A DNA stretch of 64,000 bases from Eledone cirrhosa (taxonomy: Eukaryota): assembly GCA_964016885.1 (NCBI GenBank), contig OZ024744.1, positions 96,844,001 to 96,908,000 of the forward strand, in the 5' to 3' direction. The notes under the pieces were generated by a model. It saw nothing but the letters and a program-made list of their open reading frames with translations, ran no database searches and was not told the origin of the DNA. The translations under genes were made by a program, and so were the position numbers. This document shows, piece by piece, positions 41,679-55,387 of the stretch; positions within the stretch are counted from its first letter, which is position 1, and every line of letters begins with the position of its first letter.

Positions 41679-42565
41679 AATAAAGATCTGAAACCAAGAC
41701 TATTGTTTCATTTCATATTGTATATAAATTAATAACTTAAATTAGATTATTTATGCTGTTAGCTTTAGAATTAGAAACAAATAATATAATCAATCATATA
41801 AAAAGAATTCTAGCTTACCAAGACCATGTGACCTTTTTTTCTAACCCATTGCAAGTGTTCTCACAAATACTTTTTAATACTCTTCAACGATATTGATTTC
41901 GAATGACAAGCAATTAACGCCCAGGAGGTTCTAAATAGATTGACAATATGTATAATAGTTAACATTGTATGATTGACTACATCAGACTCAAGAACAATAT
42001 CATATAACCACTAAGGTTACTGACATAGTTGAATTAACGCTAATGACGTGTCTCATATATACGTCGTTAACAACTCATCCACTTAGACTTTATTCACATT
42101 TCTTTTGTTACTGACTTGAAAAAAAACAACAACAAAAAACAACAGAGCCATAAACATAAACAGCATTCTATTTAATGAGGTATAGAAATGTCTTTATTGT
42201 TATTGTTGTTTTCAATAAATTTACTTTAAGGCGTGACGAGGGTTTAACGTAATGTTGGATCGTCCTTCGTTTCTTTATCTTACTTTTTATTGACTTTGGT
42301 GTTTACTATCCTCACTAATAACACATTATTTCACGAATTCGATTTTCAATTCTGAGCATTGCCATGGATGAAAGACGTTTGTTGCATTACCAGAGAATCT
42401 AACAGCTTATTTTCATTAGTTTATCTGATCTGTTTATCTGAATATTTTTAGACACTTCTAAGCTGGAATACTCGGTTAGTATGTTTAAGTTTGAACTTGA
42501 ATTGTTGTTGCCTTTTAGATAGAAAGCATGCGCGAAAGGGGAATTTCAAAAGAATATAAATTTTT

Positions 42566-42740
42566 TCGGCAGAGGGTCGGGCGTCATGCTTTGCAGCAGA
42601 GAGTTACGGCCCTTTAATCGTCTAAGTTCAAATCCCGCCGAGGTTAACTTTGCCTTTCATCCTTACGAGGTCGATAAAATAAAGTACCAGTAATGCACTG
42701 GTGTAATTGATGGTCTTGTACTAAAAGTAGAAACGTTATT
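42566..42740 (+). mobile_element. tRNA-SINE copy
   Basis: Consensus match. Confidence 0.8.
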
Positions 42741-43544
42741 TATACATTAAAGTATAAATTAAAATTTGTACTTTAGTGTATAAAGACCGACATCAGTCAA
42801 CATTAAATGATCCTTTTCGAGAAGAAAGGAATGCGGTGGCTGCATACAATACCATTCACATTACTATGAATGAATAATATACCTTATGTAACGATTCAAA
42901 CATTGGCGATCTTTAAATATACCTTTCCGTATCATCAAATTATTGAAACCCACTTATCTATAACTGAAACCTCTGAAATTCCTTGATCTTTCAACCTTTA
43001 TTATATGAACTAGCAGAAAAACCCTCCTCGGGTGGTTTTCTGCTAGTATGTGTAGTGTGTATATTGATATTATACACAAGTATATATACATGTAGATATG
43101 ATACATCAAATAGAATCGTAATTGACAATATACACAGAAATTGAACGAAGACGTTGTTACACTGTCTTATGTAATCAGTAACGTAATCCATGATATATAA
43201 AAAAAAAGACGATATTATATATGAACTACATTAGGAGAAAATTAGTAACGGAAATATATGAATGTTTATTTAAGCGATCGCTAACCGGAAGTGTTAACAT
43301 TGGAAAATTTTAAAGAAGTGAATCTTTAAATAAGCAATAAAATATATTTAATCAAAAGATACGAAATTTAGTAGATAAATTATGTAATATTCATTCATTA
43401 TTTATTCAAAGTAATCCAACTTATTTTACTAACTGGATTAAAAGAAATAAACTGTACGCAGTCCATCACTTCTTACTTTATTATAGTTTAGATTTGAAAC
43501 ATAGCTGTGGGATTAAGTGTCTGCACGGATACTGATATTAGATC

Positions 43545-44115
43545 ATTTCCAATTTAGACACAAGGTAGGCAATTTGATGGGTGGGGGTGGGAGGTCGATT
43601 ATATTTACTGCAGTATTTTACTGCTACTTGATTTTATCAACATCGGAAGGATGAAGGTCAAAGTTATCCTCGGCTGAATTTAAACTTAAAGCGTAAACGG
43701 CTAGAACAAATAAGTGTTTCTACTTTTGGCACAGTGCATACTGGTACTTTATTTTACCGACCTTAGGATGAAATGTGAAGTTAACCTCGGTGGAATTTGA
43801 ACTCAGACCGTAAAGGGGCGTAACCCTAAGCTGCAAAGCATGGTGTCTGACCCTCTACCGATACTGCCAATCCACCGCTCTCATGTCTGGAACAAATAAT
43901 GGTTTCTTATATAGGCGCAAGGCCAGTAATTTTGGGGATGGGAAAGTCGATTAAACCGACCCCCAGTACGTTACTGGTACTTTATTTTATCGACCCCGTA
44001 AGGATGAAAGCCAAAGTTAACCTCGGCGGGATTTGAACTCAGACCGTAAAGGACCGTAACTCTATGCTGCAAAACACGGTGTCCAACCCTCTACTGATAC
44101 TGCCAATCCACCACC
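43545..44115 (-). mobile_element. Array of three tRNA-SINE copies
   Basis: Consensus matches at about 43545-43710, 43712-43880 and 43897-44115. Confidence 0.85.
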
Positions 44116-44133
44116 ATGCCTTTTATATAAACA

Positions 44134-45884
44134 CTAGCAGTAAAGCCCGGCGTTGCTCAGTGCTGCTCAGTAGCTGTGTTAAAGTTACAATGTTAAGTTC
44201 CTTTCTTGGCTTAAAAACTGTAGAGACTACAGTGTAGACTTTCATGTGGTACTTTTGATTAATATTCCCTCAACCAACAGTATCCCTTATGAAGTTAAGA
44301 AAACATAACCATAACTCGAATGTTAAAACAAAAGAGGATGCTGGGGATAAAAACTGCACTGGTATTCTATTAACAAAAATCGAAAATATAAACACTGCAA
44401 CACTTGTCTCAGAGAAAAACATCAGCGTAACCAAACTATCAGTTATTTCGAAACAAAGAAATTGGATGGACATGAAAAAAAAAAAAAAAAAAATGCAATT
44501 TTATCGCCTATCACCTCTCTGCATGACTGTCTGTCTGCACAACTTTATCGTCTATATCACCTCTCTGCACGGCTGTCTGTCTGCATGCCTCCATCGTCTA
44601 TCAGCCCGACTGTCTGTCTGCACAGCTTTATAGCCTATATCACCTCTCTGCACGACTGTCTGTCTGCATGCCTCCATCGTCTATAGCAGTAAAGCCCGAC
44701 GTTGCACGGGGCTGCTCAGTAGCTGTGTTTAAGTTACAATGTTAAGTCGTTTCACATTCATCTGTAGAACAAACGTAGCCCATGTGTCAAGTTTTGTGAA
44801 AATCGGTTGCGAACTCCAGGCATTATGACGTTTTGTTGCATTGCACTGCAGTGCTTCAGTCGACTCCAAGGAAGTGGTTAAATGGGGCTATCTGCCGGGA
44901 AACCCTATAATCAATATCTGGTTAAATGAAAGTGCCCAGGACCATCCGGAGTGCAAAAGCAACCTATGTATTAAGTATGGTGAAAAAACTGTAGAAATGC
45001 ATAAGGTTTACACACACACGCGTATGTATATGTGTGTGCGTATGTATATGTATGTGTTTGTCCGTCGAACATACGTATGTACTGGCCTAAATCTTCACTA
45101 TTTACTTTTACTATTTTAAGGCAAAGTTAAAATCCCGTCCAGGTTAACTTTGCCTTTCATCCTTACGGGGTTGATAAAATAAAGTACCAGTAATGTACTG
45201 GTTAATTGCTGGCCTTGTGCCAAAAGTAGAAACAACTATTTTAATAACCTCTGTCATTTTCGTTTACAATTTTATTTACATCATTCTTAAACACCGGGGC
45301 TGGAAATCATTCGGTTATTTTAAATAGAAAATGAGTCTACGACTCCATTTATACCATAAACTTGGTCTTGTCTTTGCATGAAATTGTTCTTCTCGGTCCA
45401 CATAACGACGTATTATCCTCGCTTTTTTTTCGTTCTTTACCACGGAATGTCTTCACGAACCAAAATATCGTCTTCCTGTTTTCCTTCGGTTGCAATTTTT
45501 CTCGAAAAATGTAATTCTGCGTTCTCAGATTGAATTTTTTAGTTTAAGAAGATTCCGTTAATGTTGAAAGCAGCGATTCTCTGCTTAAACTTTCTTTCTT
45601 TCTCAACCCCTCTCCCTTTTTCTCATACCCTCTCTCTCACTCATACCCCCCCTCTCTCTCTTCCTCTACAGAATGGAGAACAATAAAGAACGCGCATCTC
45701 TCTCTCTCTCGCTCTCTCTCTCTCTCGCTCTCTCTCTCTCTCCCTCTCTCTCTGTCTTTATATATATGTGTTTGTGTGTGTATGTGTGAACCAGCATTCG
45801 TCGCCATTCTCTCTCTCTCTCTATTTCTGTCTTTATATATATATGTGTTTGTGTGTGTGTGTGCGAACCAGCGTTCGTCGCCAT

Positions 45885-45925
<41 letters not shown>

Positions 45926-46352
45926 CTCTCTCTCTCTCTCTCTCTTTCTATCTGACTATCTTGTACCTCTCTCTGTATAACGACCTATCTCACTCTCTCT
46001 CTCTCTACATCTCCCTTTCTCTCTTTAGATGTATATGTATATGTGTATGTGTGTGTGTGTGTGATATATATAGATAGAGAGAGAGTTGCAACATGTATGT
46101 AGTTTCATAGATTGTTGATGGTTGTAGACTGAGTGAATAAGCGTGTAAGAGAGAGAGGGTTACAGCATGTTTTTTCGATTTTTTTTCATAGAAGCAAGAC
46201 ATTTTTGGCAAAGTTTATTATGTGTTGACCATCCTTGGTAAATTTGGGGCATATTGAAAAAAAAATCATCAAAATCGGTAGAGAAATGTGGAAATGCGTG
46301 AAAAATCACACAAACACACAGACAAGCATCTTCCGTTTTATATATAGAGAGA
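44134..46352 (-). mobile_element. Non-autonomous Helitron (Lep1-like architecture), composite
   Basis: The minus strand starts A|TCTCTCTATATATAAAACGG..(ctgt/gt repeats) and ends GCAACGCCGGGCTTTACTGCTAG|T. This gives 5' TC, 3' CTAG, an A|T insertion site and a subterminal GC motif. Contains a SINE at 45117-45240. Confidence 0.65.
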
Positions 46353-46862
46353 TAACGTTTATAACTTCATTATGTTTATCATAAAGTGTAAACAGGAATT
46401 TGTCAGGTCCATGTTTCACAAATATATTACGTATAAGGAACGTGAAGCCAACTGAGAATAAAATATACAATCTGAATATCGTTTACAATGTAAATCTTTG
46501 GACAAGTTTATCAAATTACTGAGCTGTATTTTCATCTTTGTCTTAATTAATGAACAATTCTTTTTCTATACATTCCAACAAATGGCTGCATAATTTAACT
46601 AACGGCAAACACGAGATATAGATTACATTTTTCGCTATGCTAATTGACAGCTTCACACTTAAAATTAATATTCAGAATCAGATAAACTTTTTAAAATAAC
46701 AATAATAATGAACTAATTTCAATTATTCTAGTAACCATATTATTTTATGTAGACTATTTCCTATTAGCTGTCAAACTGATGATCAAATAACTTTCTTATA
46801 AAGTGCTTCGCAGAATTCTATTCATTTATAGGTAAACACTTCGTTTCCAACAAAAGCGTAGT

Positions 46863-46960
<98 letters not shown>

Positions 46961-47329
46961 GTAGTGTATGTGATTAAGTGAATCACAGTGAATACTGGTG
47001 GTGGTACAAAAACAAGCACTCGGTGCACAAGTTGAGCGTATGTATTAAGAAAAGTGCTGAAGTTTCGTTTACATGTATTTAGTTTTTTTTATTGTGTATC
47101 AACCTGTTACGCGCGTTTCGTAGAAGATTGGATCAGGGTCACCAATATATTTTTGTTGAATCATCTGTCTGAGGAGCAGATCGATAATGGAGTCGGGTCC
47201 ATAATTTCTATGGGTGATCCTGAACCAGTACTCAAGACAAATAAAGAGTTTGCCGATAAGATAATATTCCGAGCTCAGCATCAAGTCGCATTGAGCATCA
47301 AGTTTTCGTACTGCTGATAAATCTTCTTT

Positions 47330-47570
47330 TATTCGCCCACTTATTCCTAAGCCAAAGAAGCCGACAAAACTGGTAGGTTCAGAGCTACCTACAGGATAAA
47401 GTGGAAAGCATTGGTGGATAAGGAAGTCAGGAGCTGGTATACAGATACTATTGCATCCAAATTCAGAGAACTCCCTGAGCACACTGGGAACGTCGAGACG
47501 GAGTAGGGACTCTTCAGCATAGCAGTTTCTGCTTGAGCTGTTAAATGGTGCGGGCGAAAGAAGCTGCTGA
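47330..47570 (+). pseudogene. RTE (Expander/Rex3-like) LINE fragment
   Basis: TYRIKWKALVDKEVRSWYTDTIASKFRELPEHTGNVETE*GLFSIAVSA*AVKWCGRK matches the post-endonuclease motif 'R..WE.L...F..IP...D.E.EW..F..A...AA...CGRK'. Confidence 0.6.
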
Positions 47571-47863
47571 TAAATGTTTCAACATATTGTAAAACTGTTG
47601 TTACCCATTCCTTTCTAAGCCTGAAGACTGCTGACTTCTTATAGAGGTTTAAAAAGTAAAGTTGACCTCGGTCGGATTTGAACTTAAAACGCAAAGTGAC
47701 AGAATGAATACCGTATTCTATATGACGTCCTAAAAACTCCGTCAATTCAGCGCCTAAATAACTAAAAAAAAAAAAAGGGTTTGCATTTTAAAACTAACTG
47801 ACAAGGAAATGCTTTTCGAACGTTTCTCTCTCTCTCTCTCTCTTTATATATATATATATATAT

Positions 47864-48212
47864 ACGATATTAACAAATGGAAACTATATTTATAAAATCA
47901 TATTTATTTCATTATACATATTGCAAGGACACCAAGTTAAATTATGGTGTGCTTTCATCAGATAAAATATAATATAGATCAGTTTTATAAATAAATATTG
48001 ACATACCCTTAAAGAATGCAACCATTACTGCTGGGAGCTTCCGGATAGTAATGATTGCATTCTTTAAGGGTATGTCAATATTTATTTATAAAACTGATCT
48101 ATATTATATTTTATCTGATGAAAGCACACCATAATCTAACTTGGTGTCCTTGAAATATGTATAATGAAATAAATATGGTTTTATAAATATAGTATCCATT
48201 TGTTAATATCGT
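47864..48212. repeat. Palindrome with family-A hammerheads (48108-48170 + intact; mirror mutated)
   Basis: Arms of about 165 bp around ctgggagcttccgga; attttat CTGATGA aagcacacca..tggtgtcctt GAAA tatgta TA atgaaat. Confidence 0.92.
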
Positions 48213-48295
48213 ATTTTTACTCCAAATATTTGTTGAGTGCTTCATATCAGTTAAAAAAATATTTGCTTGTTGTATCCCAACAATTTAAATAGAAC

Positions 48296-48382
<87 letters not shown>

Positions 48383-48385
<3 letters not shown>

Positions 48386-48612
48386 ATGATATTAATAAAT
48401 GGAAACTATATTTATAAAACCATATTTATTTTATTGTATATTTCGAGGATAAAAAATGTTGGTACGTCCTCATCAGATAAAATACAAAAAATGGTTTTAT
48501 AAATGATGACATACCCAAGAAACCAGACCTTATCGGTTCAGGTTCAGAAATATATAAAATAAAATAAATATGATTTTATAAATATAGTTTCCATTTATTA
48601 ATATCATTGATA
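48383..48612. repeat. Family-A element with partial fold-back; hammerhead 48428-48483 (-)
   Basis: Homologous to 27790-27960; terminal inverted repeat of about 55 bp. Confidence 0.8.
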
Positions 48613-48697
48613 TTATACTCTAGAAAACTTGTAGAGGTCTTTGAATCTGTGTTATAAATAAATTTGTTGAATAACCAACAAATTAAATATCTCTTTG

Positions 48698-48797
<100 letters not shown>

Positions 48798-48840
48798 TAT
48801 AGATACATATATACATATATATATATACATATATATAAAT

Positions 48841-48939
<99 letters not shown>

Positions 48940-49699
48940 CATATATGTATATATATAATATATAAATATATGAGATGCGAGAAAAACTACAGACCCTCCA
49001 TCTCAACTCTACTTTTGAAAAGCAGAAGAACTGCGAAACCGGTAAAGGAACCAAATAAATATATATATTTTTTTAAAAAAGACTCCAGTTGCATTTTCGA
49101 TTTCATCTTTTTTCCTTATACTTTCATTCGTGTAGAACACCTCGGTTATTTTTCATTTTGTAAAAAAAAACTCACTTTCTTAAACGCAACTTCCAAATTG
49201 TGTTGGCGAGCCCTCAATGGATATGAAGATACCAGAGCTATAAACATAAGTTTAAAAGGCCATACAAAACTGAGACGATGGTTAAGAAGCCATTAAGCAC
49301 CTAAGCCAAAAAAGCGAGCAAGCTAAGCGGGTCAAACAAAATTAGATATGATTGAAATATTTACCCGGACCCTCGGGAATGATGGTAAAATCCGATATAG
49401 GGTTTCTGCGACACCTAAATCAATAATACTGTCGGCTTATAAAAGATAATAAGCTTTTGGTATAATGATCGAACAAGGATATCACTTTCTCAACAGGCAT
49501 TTTGTTCTGCGTGCGCCAGGATCTCACAGTGTTCGAAAGCACATGCGAACTCCAAAGGGGAGCAAACCCCTAGTTTTGGCAAATGAATTCAGTATGTGTA
49601 GTCATTGCAAACATTTGCAAAAATAGCACAAAACGAATTAAGCTCTCGACCGAGTAGTTTTTAAATATATATTTTTAAATATTAAATGTATATTTTTAA

Positions 49700-49785
<86 letters not shown>

Positions 49786-49827
49786 ATTATTATTATTAGT
49801 CATGTAATAAACAACATAAGATAATTA

Positions 49828-49887
49828 TTTCATTTACCAGTGGTTTCTTGAAAGCAACCAAAATTGCTTTCATTCATCAGAATGAAA
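49828..49887 (-). ncRNA. Type I hammerhead (family C)
   Basis: Reverse complement: tttcatt CTGATGA a-tgaaagcaa-ttttgg-ttgctttca-a GAAA cca-c-tgg TA aatgaaa. Confidence 0.8.
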
Positions 49888-50049
49888 AAATCCTTGTGTC
49901 TTTATTGACAGTGGTTTTGAAAAGCAAAAATATAACAGATATGAAAGTGAGGCTGAAGGAAAAAAAAAGGGGGGGGGGATAAAAAATAAGAATATATAAC
50001 AACACACACGTACACATACTCTTATTATTATTATTATTATTATTATTAT

Positions 50050-50699
50050 TGGAGACTGGAATGTCTTCAGGCGCTCACACACCTCGACCAATCGGGCAAT
50101 GTGATCGGTGGAAACTCCACCTTGGCGTTCTATAGAGGATTAGTGGAGGGGAAGAGCGACGACGTACTTCGGGAAACTCTGGGCGTCGACGAAAATCAAC
50201 TAGCCAATCTCTTCAGAAGAACTTTCGGGTCGGGGCCTATGGACAACTTCCAGAAATCCCTGGCCTGGCAGTGCTACCGAGGAGCCTTGCCAGTTCGGCA
50301 TAAACTCTACAGGCATGGAGGTGCCGTCAGCCGGGTATGTCCGAGATGCGCGCTGGGCGACGAAACCGTCCAGTGTCCGAGCATTGCTGACTTGTGGGTT
50401 TATGTCGAACACCTGCTGTCGCGTGGAGGACGGATCCAGCTATCAGCTGAGTCCATCGTGAGGATTGCCCCGCCCTCTTCCTTTAGCCGGGAAGGGCAGG
50501 CAGATGTTATCTGTCTGGTGGACATGGCGAAAGAGATAGTATGGTTGACACATTGGGGAATTTTTCATTGTTATTTTTTTGTTACATTCTCTGTTCTTTT
50601 TTTTTTTACACGCAGAAATGCCCATTTGTACCGTCCTGTATTGTCCTGTACTGTCCTTAATGTCTACTTTATGTAAACCCTTGTGGTTAATAAAGAAAG

Positions 50700-50700
<1 letters not shown>
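50050..50700 (+). mobile_element. Tx1/L1-clade LINE 3' fragment (zf-RVT) inserted in (ATT)n
   Basis: SLAWQCYRGALPVRHKLYRHG..VSRVCPRCALGDETV..C..IADLW. Internal deletion relative to the 63270 copy; ends cccttgtggttaataaagaaagc(att)n. Confidence 0.8.
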
Positions 50701-50730
<30 letters not shown>

Positions 50731-50965
50731 TTTATTTTAAATTTTGCCGTTTTGTATCGCTGTCAACTTAATAATATTTTTTATTTTTTATTTTTTTAAT
50801 CCTTATTTTATATTTGCTTATTTGTATGTGACGGCCTACTATGAGTATTTATTCTTATTTGTGTGTGCGCATATGTATCCTTTTATATGTGAGTACGTAT
50901 GTGTATATATATGTGTGTATGTATGTGTGTGTGTATGTTAGTATGTATGTTAGTATGTATGTGTA

Positions 50966-51026
<61 letters not shown>

Positions 51027-51341
51027 ATATGTGTGCATGTGTATATGTGTGTATATATATATATAAGTATGTTGGTATGTTTATGTATGGATATATATAT
51101 ATATATATGTATGTGTGTGTATATGTGTCTCTGTGTATATGTATATATATGTATATATATATGTATATATGTGTGTATATGTGAGTGCGTGTGCGTGTGT
51201 GCGTGAGTGTGTGTACGTGTGTGTCGTTATATATTCTTATTTATTATTCTCTCCCCCCCCTTCTTTCCCCCTCCAGCCTCACTTTCATATCTGTTATACT
51301 TTTGTTTTTCAAATCCACTTTCAATCAAGACACCAGGACGT

Positions 51342-51401
51342 TTTGATTCTGATGAATGAAAGCAATTTTGGTTGCTTTCAAGAAACCACTGGTAAATGAA
51401 A
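51342..51401 (+). ncRNA. Type I hammerhead (family C)
   Basis: att CTGATGA atgaaagcaattttggttgctttcaa GAAA ccactgg TA aatgaaa; inverted partner of 49828-49887. Confidence 0.8.
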
Positions 51402-51440
51402 TAATTACCTTATGTTGTTTATTACATAACTATATATATA

Positions 51441-51496
<56 letters not shown>

Positions 51497-51497
51497 C

Positions 51498-51529
<32 letters not shown>

Positions 51530-51533
51530 ATAC

Positions 51534-51565
<32 letters not shown>

Positions 51566-51592
51566 ATATATAATATATATATACATATATAC

Positions 51593-51885
51593 ACATTTAA
51601 GAAAAGATGTTAAGCACACTCCAGTAGCTTTAACAATACTAAACTAGCTAACACCACATCTTTAGCTGAAGCAGTAAATAACTATATAAAGAAAAAAATA
51701 GATTTCAAGCTATAGTGGGATACCATTCTACAAAGAACTCCATATCTTGAGAATGCAGATTATGTTCCGGAGAGATCTTGGAAATTACTAAATCTAAGGA
51801 CGATTTATTGAATAAAAGACAGGAACTGATTATAGCTTGTAATCACCGTAAATGAAAAACATTTAAATACTATAAACCTAATTAA
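51593..51885 (+). pseudogene. Penelope-like GIY-YIG remnant (same family as 688-958)
   Basis: [30 protein letters not shown]...W...RTPY/ECRLCSGEILEITKSKDDLLNKRQELIIACNHRK*KTFKYYKPN*; starts at a (TA)n tract. Confidence 0.8.
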
Positions 51886-52088
51886 ACATTTTAAATAGCA
51901 GCTCACTATAGCTCTATGTACCTTTTTGTTAGTATCTCCTTCTCCCAATTATTTCGCCTTCCTGTTAATTTTTTAACCATTTAAGTTTTTAGCTTCCATA
52001 GATTCATGCGTTACTGACTAAGGGCATCAAGGTACATGACCACCTGTAATTGCATGGGTATACATGTATCTATGTATGTATGATAAGA

Positions 52089-52146
<58 letters not shown>

Positions 52147-52286
52147 TCTTATCACACCTGCATAGATACATGTATATATATGTATACATAGATACATGTA
52201 TATATATATATGTGTGTGTGTGTGTATGAGTATGTGTGTGTATGTGTATATACATGTATATGTGTGTATATTATATATGTATATGT

Positions 52287-52317
<31 letters not shown>

Positions 52318-52589
52318 TGCGTGTATGTATGTATATGTATATTTATATATCTATGTATGCGTATGCATGTTTTTAATGGAGTATCTATGTAATTATACCT
52401 CATATGTGAGTATATGTACTTTTTGATCTAAGAAAATTATGCGTTTTGGCTAAATGTCAACATGCATTTATCTGGGATTAATTACTTATACATAGACCCA
52501 TTTGAAAATATTTACTATTTTATAGTTTATGATACATCATACGCTATACTATATACAATGTACCATACTGCACTATATTATATTACATT

Positions 52590-52772
52590 GTGGATTGGCA
52601 GTATCAGTAGAGGGTCGGACGCCATGCTTTCCAGCATAGTTACGTCCCTTTACGATCTGAGTTCAAATGCCGCCGAGGTTGACTTTGCCTTTCATCCTTA
52701 CGGGGTCGATAAAATAAAGTACCAGTAATGCACTGGGTAATTGCTGGCCTTGTGCCTAAAGTAGAAACAATT
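52590..52772 (+). mobile_element. Young tRNA-SINE copy
   Basis: Near-consensus full copy with an (att)-type tail. Confidence 0.9.
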
Positions 52773-53436
52773 ATATTATTATACTATTATATTTTATTAT
52801 ATTATTATAATCTTCATCTTTTAATATACTATCCTTCCTAGTTATGACCAATACTTTACCTATCTATATTTATCCTAGTTATTTCCGTATATTTTATATT
52901 TCTTTATTTATATTCACCTAAAAACTCCATACAACACAACTCAACATATAAATTTGATAACCCTTTTTAAACTTTACCCCACCATCTACATTCCACTATC
53001 AATACAACGATCCCTTTTCTTCATAGGTTCTTCATAGTAATTCTATTTTTAACACCATTCAACCATTCTTTTCAAAAGGTCATGGCCTTAACTAAAGTGA
53101 GTTAAATTTCGTCTTAACATCATATGGCAAAACACCATTTGATTGGTTTGTTCTTCAGCTACCTCCAAATAAGGTCATAGAACTCAATTTACTATTGATT
53201 TTGAATAAAATTTTCATTGCTTTTGACAACGGCTGACGATATACACGTAGGTAAATATATTCCTTATTTGGTATTTTGTAACTAACCTTACATAGATCGA
53301 TCACGAAATATGCGCACGATGTATTATTATCACCTAGAAACGATCGTAAAGCAGTGAAGTATATTCCTAATGACTTGAATTTTTATTTCATTGTTTTAAC
53401 TTATATATATATACATATATATATAATATATATATG

Positions 53437-54727
53437 TGGTTGACTAGCAGAATTGGTAGAGTGTCAGTGAAAATGCTTCATAAAATTCGGTAACAGCTCT
53501 TTACTTTCTGAGTTCAAATCCCACCGAGGTCAACTTTACTTTTTACGAAAAAAATATAATTGTTTCTACTTTTGGCACAAGGCCTGCAATTACCCAGTAC
53601 ATTACTGGTACTTTATTTTATCGACCCCGTAAGGATTAAGGCAAAATTAATTTCGACGGGATTTGAACTCAGTCCGTAAAGAGACGTAACTATGCTGGAA
53701 AGCATGACGTCCAACCCTCTACCGATACTGCCAATTCACCGCCCTGGGGTCGAAAAAATATAATACCAGTCAAGTACTGAGATCGATATAGCGACTTTCC
53801 TCTTCCCTCAAAATCACAGGCCTTCTGCCTAAATTAGAAATCAATCTTTAAAATAACAATGGCGGTGGATTGGCAGAATTAGTAGAGCGTTAGACAAAAT
53901 CCTTCGTAGTATATGGTTATAATTTTGTTTACCTTTTTGAGTTCATCCCCCCCCCCCCCGAGGTCAAATTTGCCTGTCATCATCTCTCAAAGGTTGGTTG
54001 GTTGGTTAAATAAAGTACTAGTCAAGTGCCGGGGGTCGGTATATATGATATTCTCCTCCTCCCCACAGAATTGTAGGCTTTATGCCAGAATTAGTGACTA
54101 TCTGAAACCCAAAATATTTAAAATAACAAATTTGAAGAATTTATGAATCAATGATCGGTTTCTAGAGAGTCGGACACCATGCTTTGAAGCCTAGAGTTAC
54201 GTCCCTTTATGATCTGAGTTGAAATCCCGCCGAGGTTAACTTTGCCTTTCATCCTTGCGGGGGTCGATAAAATAAAGTACCAGTAATGCACTGGGGTCAT
54301 TTTAATCGACTTTACCCAGCCCTTAAAATTGTTGGTCTTGTGGCTAAATCAGAAACAGGTGGATTGGCAGTATCGGTAGAGGGTCGGACGCCATGCTTAC
54401 CAGCATAGTTACGTTCCTTTACGTTCTAAGTTCAAATCTCGCCGAGGTTAACTTTGCCTTTCATCCTTACGGGGGTCGATAAAATAAAGTACCAGTAATA
54501 CACTGGGTAATTGCTGGCCTTGTGTCTAAAATAGAAACAATTATAAAACAGTATTGTTCCATGGTTTGCAGGGGTTTTTTTTCAGTTCAAAGCAGATAAT
54601 GAATACACCATTTAATCATTGTTTCTATTTTGGGCATAAGACCAGCAATTACCTCCCTCCCCCACTGCATTACTGGTACTTTATTGTATCGACCCCCGTA
54701 AGGATGAAAGACAAAGTTAACCTCGAC
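53437..54727. mobile_element. Nested/tandem cluster of about 6 tRNA-SINE copies
   Basis: An old + copy (53437-53842) is split by a - copy (53558-53745). Further + copies at 53860-54110, 54160-54358 and 54358-54543; a - partial at 54618-54727. Confidence 0.8.
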
Positions 54728-55170
54728 AATGACGACGATCACCGTCATCACAACCATTACCATCACCACCACCACAAACAACAACGCCACTACCACCATC
54801 ACCACAACCACTACCACCACAACTACTACCGTCATCACCATCACCAGCACCACCACCACCACCACTACCACCACCACTACCACCACCACTACCACCACCA
54901 CTACCACCACCACCACCAATACTACCATCATCACGACCAATACTCCAAACGTCACTATCAGCACCACAACAACAACAACAACAACAACAACAACAGCAGC
55001 AACCATCACCACCACCACAACAACAACAACAACCATCACTTCCACACCACCACCACCAACACCACCACCATCACCACCACTACTACCAATACTACCACCA
55101 CCACCACCACCACCACCACCACCACCACCACCACCAATACCATCACGACCAATACTCCAAACGCCACTAC
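54728..55170. repeat. (CAC)n/(CAA)n compound microsatellite
   Basis: Direct inspection. Confidence 0.95.
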
Positions 55171-55387
55171 GATTTTGCTAGTAAATCAATTTACAAGACA
55201 AGCCACATCGATAAATGTAATCATAGCGAGATAGACTTTATGAGAAGCAAATTTGACATGGCTAAAATATTAGAAATATATTATAGAAATATCATAGAAA
55301 TGTAACGGCCGAATGGTTGCAGAAACGCCAGCTTCCACTTAGGAAACGACAGGGTCAGCTCCAGTAACAATAACAGCACCAATAATA

